From the NCBI RefSeq assembly GCF_965218685.1, contig NZ_OZ244657.1, forward strand, positions 55,639 to 119,638: 64,000 bases of DNA. Direction: 5' to 3'. A program made the translations under genes and the position numbers. The stretch is from Thalassovita sp. (GTDB lineage: Bacteria; Pseudomonadota; Alphaproteobacteria; Rhodobacterales; Rhodobacteraceae). Each line of letters begins with the position of its first letter. The stretch's first letter is position 1. The notes beneath the pieces are model-generated. The model made no database searches. It saw only the letters and a program-made list of their open reading frames with translations, and had not been told where the DNA came from. Of this stretch, positions 1 through 8,598 are shown one piece after another.

Positions 1-363
1 CACAACGCGCGGGTGATCCGAGTCATAGCCGCGGTGCGTGGCCAGGTCGAACGCAACCGAAACGCCCTGCTGACCAGCGGCCAAGTTGCGGCGGTAGAAA
101 GCGTTGGATTCCTCGGCGGTCGAGAATCCAGCATACTGGCGGATCGTCCAGGGACGGCCCGCGTACATGGTGGCCTTCACCCCGCGCGTGAACGGGCCAA
201 AGCCCGGCAACCCGCCCATATGGGGCAGATCTGCGGTGTCCTCGGCGGTGTACAGCGGCTGGACGGGGATGCCCTCCAGCGTGTCCCAGGTCAGATCGTC
301 CAGCGGCCGGCCGCGCAGTTCTTTCTCGGCAAGCTTACGCCACTCGTCCTTCGTATTGGTCAT
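1..363 (-). CDS. scpA: Methylmalonyl-CoA mutase, N-terminal part (runs off window start; absent from ORF track)
   Basis: Manual translation from ATG at 363: [39 protein letters not shown]...[64 protein letters not shown]. Classic MCM N-terminus; AAGGA RBS upstream; next to pcc genes. Confidence 0.97.
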   Translation of the reverse strand, partial: MTNTKDEWRKLAEKELRGRPLDDLTWDTLEGIPVQPLYTAEDTADLPHMGGLPGFGPFTRGVKATMYAGRPWTIRQYAGFSTAEESNAFYRRNLAAGQQGVSVAFDLATHRGYDSDHPRVV

Positions 364-515
364 GAGCGTGTCCTTCTTTCGCTTCCGCCCCTTGGGCGGT
401 CATTCTGGCTGTTAGTGCCGTGTCTGCCCCACCCAGATGGCCGGGGATGAATTTGGTGTGTTTTGTGGTCGCAATCGGCGCAAGGCTTCCTATATCATTG
501 AGAACAGGAGGGCCC

Positions 516-962
516 ATGCTGACGCGTTTACTGTTTGGAATCACTTTGCTTTTGGCCGCGCCCGCGCTGGCCGAAGAGGTCGTACCCGATACGCCCACGC
601 TGACAGTCATCGAGGATGCCGAGGTCACGCTGGACCAGTTCCAGTGGACCGCGCGGCCCATCGTGGTGTTTGCCGACGCCAAGGCCGATCCGCGTTTCGA
701 CGAACAGATGCGGTTCCTTGAAGCGGACATTCCCGGCTTGCTGGAACGCGACGTGGTCGTTTTGATCGATACCGATCCGCGCGGCAAATCCCCGCTGCGC
801 CAGGCGTTGCGCCCGCGCGGCTTCATGCTGGCGCTGATCGACAAGGACGGCGACGTAAAGCTGCGCAAACCTGCCCCCTGGACCGTCCGCGAGATCACGC
901 GGTCCATCGACAAATGGCCATCGCGGCAGCAAGAGATCAAGGTCGACCTGGGCAAGGAATAG
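516..962 (+). CDS. DUF4174-family exported protein
   Basis: AGGAGG RBS before ATG 516; signal peptide MLTRLLFGITLLLAAPALA; WTARPIVVFAD...LLERDVVV...LRQALRPRGFMLALIDKDGDVKLRK pattern. Confidence 0.75.
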   Translation: MLTRLLFGITLLLAAPALAEEVVPDTPTLTVIEDAEVTLDQFQWTARPIVVFADAKADPRFDEQMRFLEADIPGLLERDVVVLIDTDPRGKSPLRQALRPRGFMLALIDKDGDVKLRKPAPWTVREITRSIDKWPSRQQEIKVDLGKE

Positions 963-969
963 GGGTGCA

Positions 970-1488
970 TCACACATCCCCCCGCGAAAAATAAACCCGC
1001 TGTGCCGCCCTGTCGACGATCGCCAGCGTATTGCCGTCGCGCTGGAAAATCAGGATGCCGCCCTTGGCCTGCAAAGCCGTCAGATAGGCAGCCCGCCAAT
1101 CATCCTTCAGACAATCGCGCGCGCCCAGCCCCGAGGCTAGAACGGCGTTGCCAACGCTCATATCCATCGAGTTGATTTGAGCCGAGATGTCAGACGGGCT
1201 CAGGTCCGGTGTCTGAAAACTGGCCGTGCCAACCTGCTTAAGCAGGCTCAGCCCCTCGCGGATGGTGACGGCGTGGGGCGCAGTGGATTTCACCTCGGCC
1301 GAGGCAAGCTCGAACACGCCCGCCGTGCAGCCAAATTGTGATGCAAAGTGCAACGTGGCGCCAATATCGACCCATTTGTCGACCTGGGCGCGCACGTCTG
1401 TTTCTTTGTCCTGAGCGCAGCCCGCCAAGGTGGCCAGAGCCAAGGCTCCGGCCAGTATGGACAGGGGGATGGGCTGCGCCATGGCCAT
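970..1488 (-). CDS. Hypothetical lipoprotein
   Basis: Lipobox LAGC after a hydrophobic stretch; starts 3 nt after the pccA stop. Confidence 0.7.
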   Translation of the reverse strand: MAMAQPIPLSILAGALALATLAGCAQDKETDVRAQVDKWVDIGATLHFASQFGCTAGVFELASAEVKSTAPHAVTIREGLSLLKQVGTASFQTPDLSPSDISAQINSMDMSVGNAVLASGLGARDCLKDDWRAAYLTALQAKGGILIFQRDGNTLAIVDRAAQRVYFSRGDV

Positions 1489-1491
1489 GGG

Positions 1492-3540
1492 TTATTCGAA
1501 CTCCATGATCACTTCGTCGACGGCCAGGCTGTCGCCCGCGCCAGCGTTGATCTTGGAGACGGTGCCCTTCTTCTCGGCGCGCAGGATGTTTTCCATCTTC
1601 ATCGCTTCGATGGTGCACAGGGCCTGGCCCTCTTGGACTTCGTCGCCAACCTCGACGTCGATTTTCACCACCAGACCCGGCATCGGGCACAGCAGCATTT
1701 TCGAGGTATCGGGCGGCAGTTTTTCCGGCATCAGCTGGGCCAGTTCGGCCTGACGCGGGCTGCGCACGCGGACCTTCAGATCTGCGCCACGGCTGCGGAT
1801 GCGGAACCCTTGGGTGATCTTGTCCACTTTCAGCACCAGGCCGTCATCCTCGCCCAGGGCGATGGTGGCCAGGCTGTCGCCCGGGGTCCAGTCGCTGGAA
1901 ACACGAAGCGCGGTACCATCGGCAAAGCTGACGGTCGAGCCAGCCTGATCCGCGTCGATGCTGACCGGGAATTCCTTGTCCTGCAGCGACACAACCCAGT
2001 CCGAGCCTACGTGGCGTTCGTGGTTGTCCATCCGGCCCGACACACGGGTGCGGCGGATTTCGGCAACGCGGTGCATTGCGGCGGCCGAGGCTGCGATCTT
2101 GCGCAGGGTGTCCTCGGGCAGTTCAACGCCCTCGAACCCTTCGGGATACTGTTCTTCGATGAAGGCGGTGGTCATGTCACCTGCGATAAAGATCGGGTGA
2201 TCCATCACTGCGCTGACAAAGGGCAGATTGTGGCCGATGCCTTCCAGCTCGAAGCTGTCCAGCGCGTTGCGCATCGCCTCGATCGCCTGGTCGCGGGTGG
2301 GCGCCCAGGTACACAGTTTGGCGATCATCGGGTCATAGTACATGCTGATCTCGCCGCCTTCATAGACGCCGGTATCGTTCCGCACTGCGGTGGCGCCTTC
2401 GGTGGCATCATCGGCCCATTTGCCGTTGATCTGCATCGGGCCAGCGGCCACCTCGGCCGGGGGGCGATAGCGGGTCAGACGCCCGATCGAGGGCAGGAAG
2501 TTCCGATAGGGATCTTCGGCGTAAACGCGGTTCTCGATGGCCCAGCCGTTCAGCTGCACGTCGTCCTGAGTAATGCTCAGCGGCTCGCCATTGGCGACGC
2601 GGATCATCTGTTCCACAAGGTCAACACCGGTGATCAGCTCGGTCACAGGGTGTTCCACCTGCAGACGCGTGTTCATTTCCAGGAAGTAGAAGTTTTTCTG
2701 ACCATCGACGATGAATTCCACGGTGCCTGCGCTGGTGTAGCCAACGGCCTGCGCCAGTGCGACGGCCTGTTCGCCCATCGCCTTACGCGTGGCTTCGTCC
2801 AGGAAGGGGCTGGGGGCCTCTTCGACAACTTTCTGGTTCCGGCGCTGGATCGAGCATTCGCGCTCGCCCAGGTACACACCATTGCCATGGGCGTCGCACA
2901 GAACCTGAATTTCGATGTGACGGGGCTGGGTCACGAATTTCTCGATAAAGATACGGTCATCGCCGAACGAGTTCGCGGCTTCGTTCTTGGACGACTGGAA
3001 CCCTTCGCGGCATTCGTCATCGTTCCAGGCGATCCGCATGCCCTTACCGCCGCCACCGGCCGAGGCTTTGATCATCACCGGATAGCCGATCTCATTCGAG
3101 ATTTTCACGGCCTCTTCGGCATCTTCGATCAGGCCCATGTAACCGGGCACGGTGCTGACGTTGGCCTCTTGGGCGATCTTCTTCGAGGTGATCTTGTCAC
3201 CCATCGACACGATCGCACCCTTGGGCGGGCCAACAAAGGCAACACCGGCGTCTTCCAGGGCCTCGGCGAACTTGCTGTTTTCCGACAAGAAGCCATAGCC
3301 CGGATGCACGGCCTCGGCGCCCGATTGCTTGATCGCGTCCATCACCTTGTCGATCACGATATAGGACTGGTTGGCGGGCGGCGGGCCGATATGCACAGCC
3401 TCGTCGGCCATCTGCACATGCAGCGCCTGTTTATCTGCGTCCGAGTAGATGGCTACGGTTTTGATACCCATCTTCCGGGCGGTCTTGATCACCCGGCAAG
3501 CGATCTCGCCCCGGTTTGCAATCAGGATCTTATTGAACAT
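1492..3540 (-). CDS. pccA: Propionyl-CoA carboxylase alpha subunit (biotin carboxylase + biotin carrier)
   Basis: KILIANRGEIA, GYGFLSEN, GGGGKGMR, ERECSIQRRNQK, EMNTRLQVEH and C-terminal EAMKME biotinylation motif. Confidence 0.97.
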   Translation of the reverse strand: MFNKILIANRGEIACRVIKTARKMGIKTVAIYSDADKQALHVQMADEAVHIGPPPANQSYIVIDKVMDAIKQSGAEAVHPGYGFLSENSKFAEALEDAGVAFVGPPKGAIVSMGDKITSKKIAQEANVSTVPGYMGLIEDAEEAVKISNEIGYPVMIKASAGGGGKGMRIAWNDDECREGFQSSKNEAANSFGDDRIFIEKFVTQPRHIEIQVLCDAHGNGVYLGERECSIQRRNQKVVEEAPSPFLDEATRKAMGEQAVALAQAVGYTSAGTVEFIVDGQKNFYFLEMNTRLQVEHPVTELITGVDLVEQMIRVANGEPLSITQDDVQLNGWAIENRVYAEDPYRNFLPSIGRLTRYRPPAEVAAGPMQINGKWADDATEGATAVRNDTGVYEGGEISMYYDPMIAKLCTWAPTRDQAIEAMRNALDSFELEGIGHNLPFVSAVMDHPIFIAGDMTTAFIEEQYPEGFEGVELPEDTLRKIAASAAAMHRVAEIRRTRVSGRMDNHERHVGSDWVVSLQDKEFPVSIDADQAGSTVSFADGTALRVSSDWTPGDSLATIALGEDDGLVLKVDKITQGFRIRSRGADLKVRVRSPRQAELAQLMPEKLPPDTSKMLLCPMPGLVVKIDVEVGDEVQEGQALCTIEAMKMENILRAEKKGTVSKINAGAGDSLAVDEVIMEFE

Positions 3541-3937
3541 TTATCGTCCCTTCCGGTCTTGGCCCCGTTTGTGTCCAAGGGGCAATGGCAGTGAAATCCC
3601 CGATCCGGCGGCGCACCGCTGCGGGGATCTGGGTCTGGTTGGGCTGACGGGCAGCCGGCCGGCCTTGCGCGGGCAAGGGTCGGCGAAAACTGTGGGGGAT
3701 GGTGCACGGGGCACCAAAAAAGACGGGCGGGCAAGCCAAATTATGGCTGCGCCGCCCAACAGGGGAAGGGTAACGGTAAAGACAAATCGTCCGAACCCGC
3801 TCATCTCGGGTCTCCACTACACGTTCCACGTTGGGGTAATCGCCACGCACTTCCAAGCGGCCAAGCGTTCGCGCGCCCATTTGGGCCGCTTCCCGCTCAA
3901 TCTTCTTAGGGTTGCGCGAAAACATGCCGATCACCAT
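3530..3937 (-). CDS. Hypothetical protein (135 aa); a competing frame exists at 3541..3804
   Basis: Start overlaps the upstream stop (ATGGTGA) and the stop overlaps the pccA start by 11 nt, as expected for a coupled operon gene. No recognisable domain. Confidence 0.45.
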   Translation of the reverse strand: MVIGMFSRNPKKIEREAAQMGARTLGRLEVRGDYPNVERVVETRDERVRTICLYRYPSPVGRRSHNLACPPVFFGAPCTIPHSFRRPLPAQGRPAARQPNQTQIPAAVRRRIGDFTAIAPWTQTGPRPEGTINVQ

Positions 3938-4287
3938 TCGACTTCTTCAAAAGCCTCGGGGAACGAGGCGCGGGCGACGGCCTCGTCGATGACCAGCATC
4001 GCGTCATAGCTTGCCGGGTCAAAGGGCTCTTCTGCGGGGAGGACTTCGCGGCCAAAAAGCCAGCTCAGGCGGCCTGCATCCAGGTTGCCACGCTCGAATG
4101 GCTGGTCCCCGAAGTGCTGCCACAACGCCGCCATAAAGGCCACGTCCGCGCGCCGGTCGGCGGGGCGACGGTCGCGAAAACGTTCGCGCTTGGTCAGCGG
4201 GGTCACGCCTTTGGGATTGGCGCGGCGGATGGTGAACTGAAAATCGGTGCTGGGCATGCGCCCAGGGAATCCTCGGTGCTTCAGCAT
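3931..4287 (-). CDS. Hypothetical protein of the pcc cluster
   Basis: GGAGA RBS; natural-looking sequence (FQFTIRRANPKG...FERGNLDAGRLSWLFGREV) co-oriented between pccB and pccA. Confidence 0.7.
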   Translation of the reverse strand: MLKHRGFPGRMPSTDFQFTIRRANPKGVTPLTKRERFRDRRPADRRADVAFMAALWQHFGDQPFERGNLDAGRLSWLFGREVLPAEEPFDPASYDAMLVIDEAVARASFPEAFEEVEW

Positions 4288-4365
4288 GGGGTCTCTCCCA
4301 GGCCGGAACCGAGGCGAATCAGGCCGGGCGCAGAGGCCCAGCCTGTTTGCGTCAGGGACAGGCCC

Positions 4366-4506
4366 TTATTTGTATTTGCCGGTAAAGACTGGTTCTGCGC
4401 TGATGGGCTCGGGTTCGACGACCACGAACTCTTCTTGCGGCTGTGCGCAAGCAGCCAGGAAGGACGCGGCGCAAAGGGCCACGACGATCTGGAATTTCTT
4501 CGACAT
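4366..4506 (-). CDS. Small lipoprotein, 46 aa (absent from ORF track)
   Basis: Manual translation MSKKFQIVVALCAASFLAAC-AQPQEEFVVVEPEPISAEPVFTGKYK*; AGGAG RBS; lipobox LAAC. Confidence 0.8.
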   Translation of the reverse strand: MSKKFQIVVALCAASFLAACAQPQEEFVVVEPEPISAEPVFTGKYK

Positions 4507-4714
4507 TTGCTACTCCTGTAATCTTGGTGCGCGGGGGTTTGGTCCCCCGACTGCCTCATGCATGATTTACGGGCGGCACAGGTGCCACCGGAGCGAAGCA
4601 TAGCCGATTTGGCTGCAAATAGGTATCGCCCGCGCAGGCCAGCACGGGTTTGTGGCGCGAAAGCCTCAAATCGGTGATTGGGTGAAGTTCGATCCGCAAC
4701 ATATTGTGGGTACA

Positions 4715-5140
4715 TCAGAAAACCTCCCAGATGCAGGAGCCGTTTTCGATGCGGAAAGCCTCGAAATACTGGACAACCGAAGGGGCAGTGGCGCCGAATT
4801 CCAGCGGCTTTTCGGCCATCGAGATGATGACTTGCGCCACATCCTGACCCGCGGCCACCAGGGTCGGCACAGCCACTTGGGCGCACAGAACGGGGAAGTC
4901 TTGCTCGACCTGGGCAAAGCCCACGCCCTGCGCCAGGGCCGGCGCAACAAAGCGGAAACGGGCCTGACCCGTTCCATCCGGCAGCGTATCGACAAAGTAT
5001 TCCTGAAGCGCCACAGACAAGCCCGAAGGCAAATCTTGATAGGAGGGCACGGCGGGGGCCTCCTCTTGCACGCCCGCCGTGGCCGCAGACGCCAGAAGGC
5101 ACCCTCCAAACGCGGCTAATATCTTGGTTGCGCTACTCAT
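4715..5140 (-). CDS. DUF6497-like exported protein
   Basis: Signal peptide, then LPSGLSVALQE...ARFRFVAP...DFPVLC...YFEAFRIENGSCIWEVF pattern recalled from Rhodobacteraceae proteins. Confidence 0.65.
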   Translation of the reverse strand: MSSATKILAAFGGCLLASAATAGVQEEAPAVPSYQDLPSGLSVALQEYFVDTLPDGTGQARFRFVAPALAQGVGFAQVEQDFPVLCAQVAVPTLVAAGQDVAQVIISMAEKPLEFGATAPSVVQYFEAFRIENGSCIWEVF

Positions 5141-5519
5141 AGCAGAACTTCCCGGCGTATGTCACCCAGCGAATAGCATTCTTCCGATCCGCCAGCATTT
5201 CGCGCAATTTATCTTCACTCTTTCCCTTGGGGAAAGGCATGCGATCCATACGCCCCCCCGCGGTAACGTGCAGCATGTCGCCGGCGTCCTCGACGCGCAC
5301 GACAGGGGAAAATCCACGCAGGTTTTGCAGCAAACGCCACATGTCCTGCCGGATCTGAGTAGCCAGACGGAGCTTGCCGCAACGCGGCAGCGTCACCTGC
5401 GCCGAGAAATCAAAGCGCACAGGCAGGGAACGCGCCAAGGTCAGCGCGCCCTCGTCCCGTTGGATATGCCACTTTGATCGGCTCACGTCCGTCCTTTCGA
5501 AACCTGTCCAAGGCCACAC
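5133..5519 (-). CDS. Hypothetical protein downstream of pccB (true start may be a GTG about 11 codons in)
   Basis: Co-oriented; stop overlaps the next gene by 8 nt; RLATQIRQDMWRLLQNLRGFSPVV motif. Confidence 0.6.
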   Translation of the reverse strand: MWPWTGFERTDVSRSKWHIQRDEGALTLARSLPVRFDFSAQVTLPRCGKLRLATQIRQDMWRLLQNLRGFSPVVRVEDAGDMLHVTAGGRMDRMPFPKGKSEDKLREMLADRKNAIRWVTYAGKFCYE

Positions 5520-5575
5520 CCAATCGAGTGTGACGCGTGGAAAATGCGGGGGCTATGGCGCCCCCACCCTGTCCA

Positions 5576-7108
5576 TTACAGCGGGATGTTGTCGTGCTTC
5601 TTCCAGGGGTTCTGCAGCTTTTTGTTGCGCAGGCTGGCAAAGGCACGCGACACGCGGCGGCGGGTCGATTTGGGCTGGATCACCTCGTCGATGAAGCCAC
5701 GTTCAGCCGCCACAAACGGGTTGGCGAAACGGTCTTCGTAATCGGCGGTGTGTTGCGCGATCTTGTCAGCATCGCCCAGATCGGCACGGTGGATGATCTC
5801 GGTCGCGCCCTTGGCACCCATCACCGCAATTTCCGCAGTCGGCCAGGCATAGTTGAAATCACCGCGCAGGTGCTTGGAGGCCATCACGTCATAGGCGCCG
5901 CCATAAGCCTTGCGGGTGATGACGGTGACCTTGGGAACGGTGGCTTCGCCATAGGCGAACAGCAGTTTCGCACCGTGCTTGATCACGCCGCCATATTCCT
6001 GCGAGGTGCCGGGCAAGAAGCCAGGCACGTCCACCAGGGTCAGGATCGGAATTTCGAACGCATCACAGAAACGAACGAAACGCGCGGCCTTGCGGCTGCT
6101 GTCGATGTCCAGACAACCCGCCAGAACCATCGGCTGGTTGGCAACAACGCCCACGGTCTGACCTTCCATGCGGATGAAACCGGTGATGATGTTCTTGGCG
6201 AAGTCTTCCTGAATCTCATAGAAATCCGCCTCGTCCGCGATTTTCAGGATCAGTTCCTTCATATCGTAGGGGGTATTGGCGTTTTCAGGGATCAGGGTAT
6301 CCAGCGATTCCTCGACCCGATCGGGCTCGTCAAAGAACGGGCGCACGGGCGGTTTTTCGCGGTTGTTCAGCGGCAGGAAGTCGACCAGGCGGCGAACTTC
6401 GGCAAGCGCTTCGACGTCGTTTTCAAACGCGCCATCGGCGACCGAAGATTTCTTGGTGTGGGTGCTTGCGCCGCCCAGCTCCTCGGCGGTGACGACCTCG
6501 TTGGTGACGGTTTTCACAACGTCAGGGCCGGTCACGAACATGTACGAGCTGTCCTTCACCATGAAGATGAAGTCGGTCATCGCGGGCGAATACACGGCAC
6601 CACCGGCGCAGGGGCCCATGATCACCGAAATCTGCGGGATCACACCCGAGGCCATGATGTTGCGCTGGAAAATCTCGGCATAGCCAGCCAGCGCATCCAC
6701 GCCTTCCTGGATCCGGGCGCCGCCCGAATCGTTCAGGCCAATCACAGGCGCACCGTTCTGCATGGCCATGTCCATGATCTTGCAGATCTTCATCGCGTGG
6801 GTCGCAGACACCGAGCCCCCCAGAACCGTAAAGTCCTGGCTGAACACATAGACCATACGGCCGTTAATGGTGCCCCACCCGGTGATGACGCCATCACCTG
6901 CGGGTTTTTGATTTTCCATACCGAAATCAGTGCAGCGGTGCGACACAAACATGTCGAACTCTTCAAACGAATCTTCGTCCAGCAGCAGCTCGATCCGCTC
7001 GCGGGCGGTCAGCTTGCCCTTGGCGTGCTGGCTGTCGATACGTTTTTGACCCCCACCCAAACGGGCGTCGGCGCGGCGGCTTTCCAGTTCCTGGAGGATA
7101 TCTTTCAT
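5576..7108 (-). CDS. pccB: Propionyl-CoA carboxylase beta subunit (carboxyltransferase)
   Basis: [65 protein letters not shown]; start set at MKDIL after a GAAGGG RBS. Confidence 0.97.
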   Translation of the reverse strand: MKDILQELESRRADARLGGGQKRIDSQHAKGKLTARERIELLLDEDSFEEFDMFVSHRCTDFGMENQKPAGDGVITGWGTINGRMVYVFSQDFTVLGGSVSATHAMKICKIMDMAMQNGAPVIGLNDSGGARIQEGVDALAGYAEIFQRNIMASGVIPQISVIMGPCAGGAVYSPAMTDFIFMVKDSSYMFVTGPDVVKTVTNEVVTAEELGGASTHTKKSSVADGAFENDVEALAEVRRLVDFLPLNNREKPPVRPFFDEPDRVEESLDTLIPENANTPYDMKELILKIADEADFYEIQEDFAKNIITGFIRMEGQTVGVVANQPMVLAGCLDIDSSRKAARFVRFCDAFEIPILTLVDVPGFLPGTSQEYGGVIKHGAKLLFAYGEATVPKVTVITRKAYGGAYDVMASKHLRGDFNYAWPTAEIAVMGAKGATEIIHRADLGDADKIAQHTADYEDRFANPFVAAERGFIDEVIQPKSTRRRVSRAFASLRNKKLQNPWKKHDNIPL

Positions 7109-7167
7109 GTCGGTCCCCTTCTGAATTGAATCGGGTATAAGGGCACGTGCTGCACACGCAAAGACAT

Positions 7168-7217
7168 TTTCGGCAAATTTGCAAATTTTTGGCAAGCGGA
7201 TGAAGGCGAATTGCAAA
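7168..7217. promoter_or_regulatory. Candidate PccR operator between pccB and the divergent MFS gene
   Basis: Perfect palindrome TTTGCAAA at 7178-7185 flanked by degenerate copies (TTCGGCAAA, TTTGGCAA, ATTGCAAA 7210-7217). TTTGCAAA is the established PccR half-site. Confidence 0.75.
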
Positions 7218-7310
7218 TGTGCTAATTCGTGCCGTTACGTGGCGCCATTTGATCCAGAACTCAGACGTCGGTGGTGGACAAACTGTCGCGCCCGTTTTAA
7301 TTATTCGCAC

Positions 7311-8528
7311 ATGAACAGTAGACCTGCGGCCCGATATCTGAACCGGACCTCTGCACCCCATATTTCGACACTGATTTTCCTGGCCGGCATCTCGGCCCTG
7401 GTCATGAACATTTTCCTGCCGTCCTTGCCGGCAATGTCCGATCATTTCGGGGTTGAATACAGCTTTATGCAGCTGTCCGTCGCGCTCTATCTGGGTGTGA
7501 GCGGGTTTTTGCAGATTTTCATCGGCCCGCTGTCGGACAAATTCGGCCGCCGGCCCGTGGTTCTGACGGGCGTGTCGATTTATTGCCTGGCCACCATCGG
7601 CTGCCTCATGGCGCAAAGCGGCGAGGTTTTCATGATCTTCCGCATGCTTCAGGCCGTGATCGCTGTCGGCCTTGTGCTGTCCCGCGCCGTGATCCGGGAC
7701 ATGGTGCCCGGCGCGCAGGCGGCCTCGATGATCGGTTATGTCACCATGGGCATGTCGCTGGTGCCGATGCTGGGCCCGGCTTTGGGCGGTTACCTGCAAG
7801 AACATTTCGGCTGGCAATCCAACTTCTACGTCCTGCTGGCCGTTGGTCTGTTTCTGCTGGCGCTGATCTGGGCCGATCTTGGAGAGACCGCGCCGAAATC
7901 GGACAACTCGCTGGTTCAGCAGTTTCGCGAATATCCCGAGCTTCTGACCTCGCCGCGGTTCTGGGGCTATTGCATGGCAGCGGCCTTCGGCTCGGGGGCG
8001 TTTTTTGCCTATCTGGGCGGGGCGCCCTTTGTCGGCATCAACGTCTATGACCTGGAGCCCGCACAGCTGGGCACCTATTTCATGGCGCCGGGCGTGGGGT
8101 ATTTCGCTGGCAACTTCCTTTCAGGTCGGTATTCAGCGCGGGTGGGGATCAATCGCATGGTTCTGCTCGGAGCGCTGATCGCCTGCATTGGCCCGCTGAT
8201 CCCGCTAAGCCTGCATCTGCTTGGCGCGAACACCGCGTTCACCTTTTTTGGCAGTATCGTTTTCATCGGCCTGGGCAACGGCATGACCCTGCCGAACGCC
8301 AACGCTGGTATGCTTTCGGTGCGCCCTCATCTGGCCGGCACGGCCGCTGGGCTGGGCGGAGCCATCATGATCGGAGGCGGCGCGGCCCTGTCCGCGCTGG
8401 CGGGCGCGATGCTGACGCCAGGCTCGGGGGATTTGCCTTTGCTGACACTGATGCTGACGACCTGCGCCCTGTCCATCGTCGCGATCTTGCTGGTAATCCG
8501 GCGCGAGCGTCAGCTGGGAACGCTCTGA
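7311..8528 (+). CDS. Bcr/CflA-family MFS efflux transporter
   Basis: NIFLPSLP, GPLSDKFGRRPV (MFS motif A), RMLQA, PMLGPALGG; about 12 hydrophobic segments. Confidence 0.9.
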   Translation: MNSRPAARYLNRTSAPHISTLIFLAGISALVMNIFLPSLPAMSDHFGVEYSFMQLSVALYLGVSGFLQIFIGPLSDKFGRRPVVLTGVSIYCLATIGCLMAQSGEVFMIFRMLQAVIAVGLVLSRAVIRDMVPGAQAASMIGYVTMGMSLVPMLGPALGGYLQEHFGWQSNFYVLLAVGLFLLALIWADLGETAPKSDNSLVQQFREYPELLTSPRFWGYCMAAAFGSGAFFAYLGGAPFVGINVYDLEPAQLGTYFMAPGVGYFAGNFLSGRYSARVGINRMVLLGALIACIGPLIPLSLHLLGANTAFTFFGSIVFIGLGNGMTLPNANAGMLSVRPHLAGTAAGLGGAIMIGGGAALSALAGAMLTPGSGDLPLLTLMLTTCALSIVAILLVIRRERQLGTL

Positions 8529-8547
8529 GCCCTCTTGCCGCAACGGG

Positions 8548-8585
8548 TTTGCAAAGCTACCCTGACCCCACAGTTAATTTGCAAA
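8548..8585. promoter_or_regulatory. Two PccR sites upstream of pccR (probable autoregulation)
   Basis: TTTGCAAA at 8548-8555 and 8578-8585, ending 13 nt before the pccR ATG. Confidence 0.75.
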
Positions 8586-8598
8586 CGCCCGAGGCATC

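Noticed and set aside
364-515. Cobalamin riboswitch upstream of the B12-dependent mutase
   Set aside because: The spacer is short and shared with a divergent gene; I could not find the B12-box or the conserved GGGAA/GCCACUG elements.
1348-3594. 748-aa plus-strand ORF, and similar long ORFs at 5537..7129, 41181..42752, 59610..61118 and 28167..29522
   Set aside because: They lie antisense to well-supported genes (pccA, pccB, gatA, CoxL-like, mgtE), have no family motifs, and are typical stop-poor shadows of high-GC coding strands.
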